DNA from: Candidatus Marinacidobacterium sp.
GTDB taxonomy: Bacteria > Acidobacteriota > Vicinamibacteria > Marinacidobacterales > Marinacidobacteraceae
Length of the DNA stretch: 64,000 bases
NCBI GenBank assembly: GCA_965220965.1
Contig: OZ244852.1
Coordinates: forward strand, 1,824,001 to 1,888,000
Direction: 5' to 3'
In this document: piece by piece, positions 60,216-64,000 of the stretch
How the letters are laid out: the number at the start of each line of letters is the position of its first letter
Position numbering within the stretch: the stretch's first letter is position 1
Notes under the pieces: model-generated
Databases searched by the model: none
What the model was told of the DNA's origin: nothing
What the model saw: the letters and a program-made list of their open reading frames with translations, nothing else
Program-made: the position numbers and the translations under genes

Positions 60216-60322
60216 CAGGACACTCTATCCGGCGGGTGTCCCCGTTCCGAAGGCCGCAGGCGCCCTTTCGATTCCCTCCCGGGGGCCGACGGATGACCGG
60301 GTCGCCCTCCGGAGGACGCGAA

Positions 60323-61690
60323 ATGCCGGCGCCGGAACTTCGCCGCGACCTCGACGGCATATTCCGGGCGGGGCTGGCCGCGGCCGACCCGGGCCCGATC
60401 CTGACCCGCGACCTCCACGGCTCGCCGGCGGGCGGATGGTCCTTCCGGGGAGAGCCCCTGCTGCCGGCGAGGGTGGATCCTCAGGATCCGGTCTTCGTGT
60501 TCGGCGCCGGAAAGGCGGCCGCCGCGCTGGGCGGCGCGATCCACCGCCAACTCGAGGGGGAGGAGCTTCGCGGCCGGATCATCGTCAAGCGGGGGCACAC
60601 GATGGCGGTCCCCGGCGTCCTGATCGAGGAGGCGGCGCATCCGGTCCCCGACGCCGATTCGGCGGCCGCGACCGCGCGTCTGCTGAAGGATCTCGCCGCC
60701 GTCCCGGCCGGGCGCCGGGTGCTGTTTGTGATCACCGGAGGGGCGTCGGCGCTGCTCGCCGCTCCCGCGCCGGGGATCCGGCTCGAGGAAAAGACCCGAA
60801 CCACCGAACTCCTTCTCGGCTCGGGGGCGGACATCCACGAGATGAACACCGTCCGCAAGCACCTCTCCTCGGTCAAGGGCGGCCGGCTGATCCCGGCGCT
60901 GGCGGGCCGCCGGACCGCCGTCCTGCTGATCTCGGATGTGGTGGGAGACGACCTGACGTCCATCGGGTCCGGACCGCTGACGCCCGATCCGACGACGTTC
61001 GCGGAGGCGCTCGCTGTCCTGGAGCGCCACCAACTGGGCGCCGAGGTCCCGCCGGCGGTCCTCGACCGTCTGCGCGCCGGCGTCCGGGGCGAGATCGAGG
61101 AGACACCCTCCGACTCCGAAGCGGCTCCGCCCCACCACATCCTCGCCAGCAACCGGCTGTCGGTGGACGCGGCGCGCGAGGAGGCCGAACGGCGCGGCTA
61201 CCGGACGGTGATCTTCGGTCGCGACCTGACCGGCGAAGTGCGGGCCACGGCGCAGGAGTTCTCCGCCAGGCTGCGGGAACTGGCGGCGGCGCCCCGAAGG
61301 ACCGCACTCCTCGCCGGAGGCGAACTGACGCTCCGGGTCACGGGCGACGGTCGGGGCGGACGAAGCCAGGAGTTCGCCCTGGTGGCGGCCCGGGAGCTCG
61401 AGGGAACGAGGGGCGCCGCGCTCCTCGCGGCCGGCACCGACGGCACCGACGGACCGACGGACGCCGCGGGGGCGGCGGTGGACGGCGGGAGCTGGCTGCG
61501 CGCCCGCGACATGGGCTGCGACCCGGCCGGGGCGCTGGCGCGGAACGACTCGTGGACCCTCTTTCGCCGCACCGGAGAGCTCCTGATCACTGGCCCCACC
61601 GGGACCAACGTGATGGACCTGGTCATCGGGCTGACCGGGGGCCGCCCCGACGGATCGCCCCCCGGAAGGGAGTCGTCAGGCGCAGGTTGA
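60323..61690 (+). CDS. Glycerate 2-kinase (DUF4147/MOFRL)
   Basis: GAGKAA, HPVPD, TGGASAL, RKHLS.VKGG, SDVVGDD, GTDGTDG and TGTNV.D. Confidence 0.9.
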   Translation: MPAPELRRDLDGIFRAGLAAADPGPILTRDLHGSPAGGWSFRGEPLLPARVDPQDPVFVFGAGKAAAALGGAIHRQLEGEELRGRIIVKRGHTMAVPGVLIEEAAHPVPDADSAAATARLLKDLAAVPAGRRVLFVITGGASALLAAPAPGIRLEEKTRTTELLLGSGADIHEMNTVRKHLSSVKGGRLIPALAGRRTAVLLISDVVGDDLTSIGSGPLTPDPTTFAEALAVLERHQLGAEVPPAVLDRLRAGVRGEIEETPSDSEAAPPHHILASNRLSVDAAREEAERRGYRTVIFGRDLTGEVRATAQEFSARLRELAAAPRRTALLAGGELTLRVTGDGRGGRSQEFALVAARELEGTRGAALLAAGTDGTDGPTDAAGAAVDGGSWLRARDMGCDPAGALARNDSWTLFRRTGELLITGPTGTNVMDLVIGLTGGRPDGSPPGRESSGAG

Positions 61691-62527
61691 GAAGGCGCGG
61701 GCCTCGAATCGACGTCGGACGCGCCGGACGGCGACGCGCCTCGCGCGCGCGCCTCCACCTGAGCCCCCGCCCGCCTGCGCCGGGAGCCTTTGCGCCCGGC
61801 CCGCCCGGTCCGCCGGCGACCTGCGCGCGCCGGCCATCGTCGGCCGCAGAATCCCGCGTAACGCGAGGCGGATCTGACGCAGCCGGCGGGAAACCGAGGA
61901 GGGGCTGAGCGGAACCGAGCGCAGTTGGGCGATCTCCATGACCGGGACGCCGTCCATGAAGTAGAGCTGGAACAGGTGGCGGTTCAACTGCTGCTGCCGG
62001 GGGTCCCTGGTCATCCCTTCGAGGGCGCGCCGGATGAGTTCCTTCGTCTCGCGCTCCCGGACGGCCCGCTCCGGATCGAAGGTCCCGTCGTCGTTCTCTC
62101 TCCTGTCCGGCGCCCGCTGATCGAGCGTCATCGGGTCCACCGAAACGATCGCCCGCCGATCCGTGGCTCCGCGGGATTCCATCCGTCGAAACTGGTCCAC
62201 GATGAGGTTCGCGGCGATCCGGCGGATGTAGCCGTCGAGAGACTCGCCTCGCTCCCCGGCGAAGCGGCTCAGATCCTGGCGGGAGCGCAAGAACAGGCGC
62301 AGGACCACTTCCTGGGCCACATCCTCCAGCGTGTCGGCGGCGCCCATCCGCCACCGGGCCCACCTGCGCCACGCCAGCATGTTGCCGATCAGGAGTTCGC
62401 ACCTCCGACGCAGCATCCCCCAGCGAGGGTCGTCCGGAGGGGCCGCGGCCAGCTCATGCATCAGATCCCAGGAGCTTCCGGGGACGCGCCCGGGACGGCG
62501 CTCCGGGCGGGGCGGACGAGGGGGCAA
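61676..62527 (-). CDS. ECF-like sigma-70 factor
   Basis: Region 2 LEDVAQEV..YIRRIAANLIVDQFRR; region 4 LFQLYFMDG...EIA..SVSRRL. Confidence 0.75.
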   Translation of the reverse strand: MPPRPPRPERRPGRVPGSSWDLMHELAAAPPDDPRWGMLRRRCELLIGNMLAWRRWARWRMGAADTLEDVAQEVVLRLFLRSRQDLSRFAGERGESLDGYIRRIAANLIVDQFRRMESRGATDRRAIVSVDPMTLDQRAPDRRENDDGTFDPERAVRERETKELIRRALEGMTRDPRQQQLNRHLFQLYFMDGVPVMEIAQLRSVPLSPSSVSRRLRQIRLALRGILRPTMAGARRSPADRAGRAQRLPAQAGGGSGGGARARRVAVRRVRRRFEARAFSTCA

Positions 62528-62560
62528 GGGCGCCGCAGTCTATCGGGGCGCCTCCACGAT

Positions 62561-64000
62561 TCAGGGCGCGCGAGGCGTCGCGCTGATGGGGGTGGTCCGA
62601 CGGCTCTCGTTGGGCGGAATGGCGTCGTCAACCGCGCTCACCGAGTACGCGTAGACCAGGCCCGGATCCCGGTTCTCATCGTCGAAGGATCGCCCCGGAA
62701 CCGGCTCGCCGGTGAGTCGAACGGGTTCGGGATCCCCCGGTCCGGCGCGGTAGACATGAAAGCCGGCGAGGTCCGACGGCGGCGGCAGCGGATCGGTGAA
62801 GTTCCAGGTGAGTTCGGTGCGCTCGGGGCGCCACACGACGCGAAGCCCGGTCGGCATCGGGGGCGGGAACACATCGAGCGGAACGACGCATTCCTCCGGG
62901 GAGAAGGGTCCCAGGCTCTGCGCCGAGGCTCCGGCGCCCGAGACCCGGGCCGGCAACGGCGTCCAGGGGAGCGGCGCATCGCCGGGGGCGGGCGCAGCGG
63001 TCGACGCCGGGTCCTCCGCGACCGGGCCCGGATCGGGCAGCTCCCCGGGTTCCTCGCTCCCGGCGAACACCAGCCGGACCCGGTAGCAGACTTCCTCCCC
63101 GAACACCGCGCCCGACGGATCGGCGCGCGACGGACCAGTCGCCTGCCCAACCGTCTCTTCAACGTCGCCGCGGCGGCGAACCACTTCGTAGAGCGCATGG
63201 CCGAACCGGGGCGCCCCGCCGGGGGCCTGCGAGATGTCGTTCCAGAGCAGGGTGATGGCCCGCTGCTCCACCCGGATCTCGAGGCCTTCCGGCGCCGGCG
63301 GATCGCCCGAAACATCGAGCGCGCGCGCCGGACTCGCCTCCCCGGAAGCTCCGGAGGCCTCGTAGCGGACCTGGACCTCCAGCCGCCGGCCAACCCAGGC
63401 CGGATCCAGCGGCGCCCGGAACCGGAGCTCCTCCCCGGGGACCCGCGACGGGACCTCGGCGAGCACTTCGAACGCCGGTTCCGAGAGGTCGAGGTCGAAC
63501 GGTTCGGGCGCTCCCGGGTCCGGGAGTTCGCCGCCCGCTCCGCCGCCGGGCGTGGCCGGAGGCGGCGCCTCCGGGCCGGTCGGCGCCGCGCCGGTTCCCT
63601 CCTTCTGGGCGCCCGGTTCACCGGCCGGCGTCCCTTCCGGAGGATCGGCGGGAGCGGGCGCTGCTTCCGCGACGGTGGTTGGCGGCGTCCCTTCCGGAGG
63701 ATCGGCGGGAGCGGGCGCTGGTTCCGTGTCGGTGGTTGGCGGCGTCCCTTCCGGAGGATCGGCGGGAGCGGGCTCCGTCTCCGCGTCGATGGTTGGCCGC
63801 GTCTCTTCCGGAGAATCCGCGGGAGCGGGCGCTGCTTCCGCCTCGGTGATCGGCGGATCCCCTTCGGACGCCGGCGCAGGCTCCGCGTTCGTCGCCGCGC
63901 GCCTCGCCGCTCGCTGCGCCGCGGCCAGCGCATCGAGGTCGAGCACCCGGTAGAGAACGACCGCCCGCCGCAGCCCCACCGCCGCGGTCACGCCGCGGAC
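62561..64000 (-). CDS. Fibronectin type III-like surface protein with Pro/Ala/Glu repeats (5' end off window)
   Basis: PPAPEGL..LLW, DVFPP..PTGL, GFHVYR and Y.YSVSAVD..NES Fn3 hallmarks. Confidence 0.7.
   Translation of the reverse strand, partial: VRGVTAAVGLRRAVVLYRVLDLDALAAAQRAARRAATNAEPAPASEGDPPITEAEAAPAPADSPEETRPTIDAETEPAPADPPEGTPPTTDTEPAPAPADPPEGTPPTTVAEAAPAPADPPEGTPAGEPGAQKEGTGAAPTGPEAPPPATPGGGAGGELPDPGAPEPFDLDLSEPAFEVLAEVPSRVPGEELRFRAPLDPAWVGRRLEVQVRYEASGASGEASPARALDVSGDPPAPEGLEIRVEQRAITLLWNDISQAPGGAPRFGHALYEVVRRRGDVEETVGQATGPSRADPSGAVFGEEVCYRVRLVFAGSEEPGELPDPGPVAEDPASTAAPAPGDAPLPWTPLPARVSGAGASAQSLGPFSPEECVVPLDVFPPPMPTGLRVVWRPERTELTWNFTDPLPPPSDLAGFHVYRAGPGDPEPVRLTGEPVPGRSFDDENRDPGLVYAYSVSAVDDAIPPNESRRTTPISATPRAP
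63627..63854. repeat. Four in-frame 57-bp tandem repeats (19 aa, APAPADPPEGTPPTT...)
   Basis: Units begin ggcgtcccttccggaggatc at 63627, 63684 and 63741, with a degenerate copy at 63798. Confidence 0.9.

Noticed and set aside
63627-63854. CRISPR-like repeat array
   Set aside because: The units are contiguous and in frame, their variable parts resemble one another, and no cas genes are present.

Overview
This is a very GC-rich, gene-dense stretch of core bacterial chromosome. The S21 sequence and overall gene repertoire suggest Acidobacteriota (inference). No rRNA, tRNA, CRISPR array, transposase or phage gene is visible. Contents in order: secreted TPR proteins and a DppA-type peptidase; the rubrerythrin / Fe-S oxidoreductase / DUF3501 triad, divergent from soxC-soxD-glnS; ggt; a heme-type TonB receptor; an S9 peptidase, an ankyrin protein and a D-aminoacylase; gltX; a MoxR-DUF58-BatA/vWA operon; a ThiS/MoaD + BNR beta-propeller pair; msrB-tauE-metX-metY-CoA-binding-pmtA; mnmA, MOSC and a CCA-type enzyme; rpsU-purD-purE; rlmN; MBL-purB-purS-purQ-purL-purF; an M16 peptidase; cyclophilin-ypdA-D-aminoacylase; Nudix, AIM24, glycerate kinase, an ECF-like sigma factor and a repeat-containing Fn3-like protein. 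Features the ORF track misses: (1) a UGA-recoded selenoprotein (UxxC, ArsC/thioredoxin-like) at 17714-18064 with a SECIS-like hairpin; (2) tandem NrdR-box-like operators 32 bp apart, upstream of the purine operon rather than an nrd gene; (3) likely ACG and CTG start codons; (4) two small membrane-protein ORFs. All family calls come from motif recognition, not database searches.
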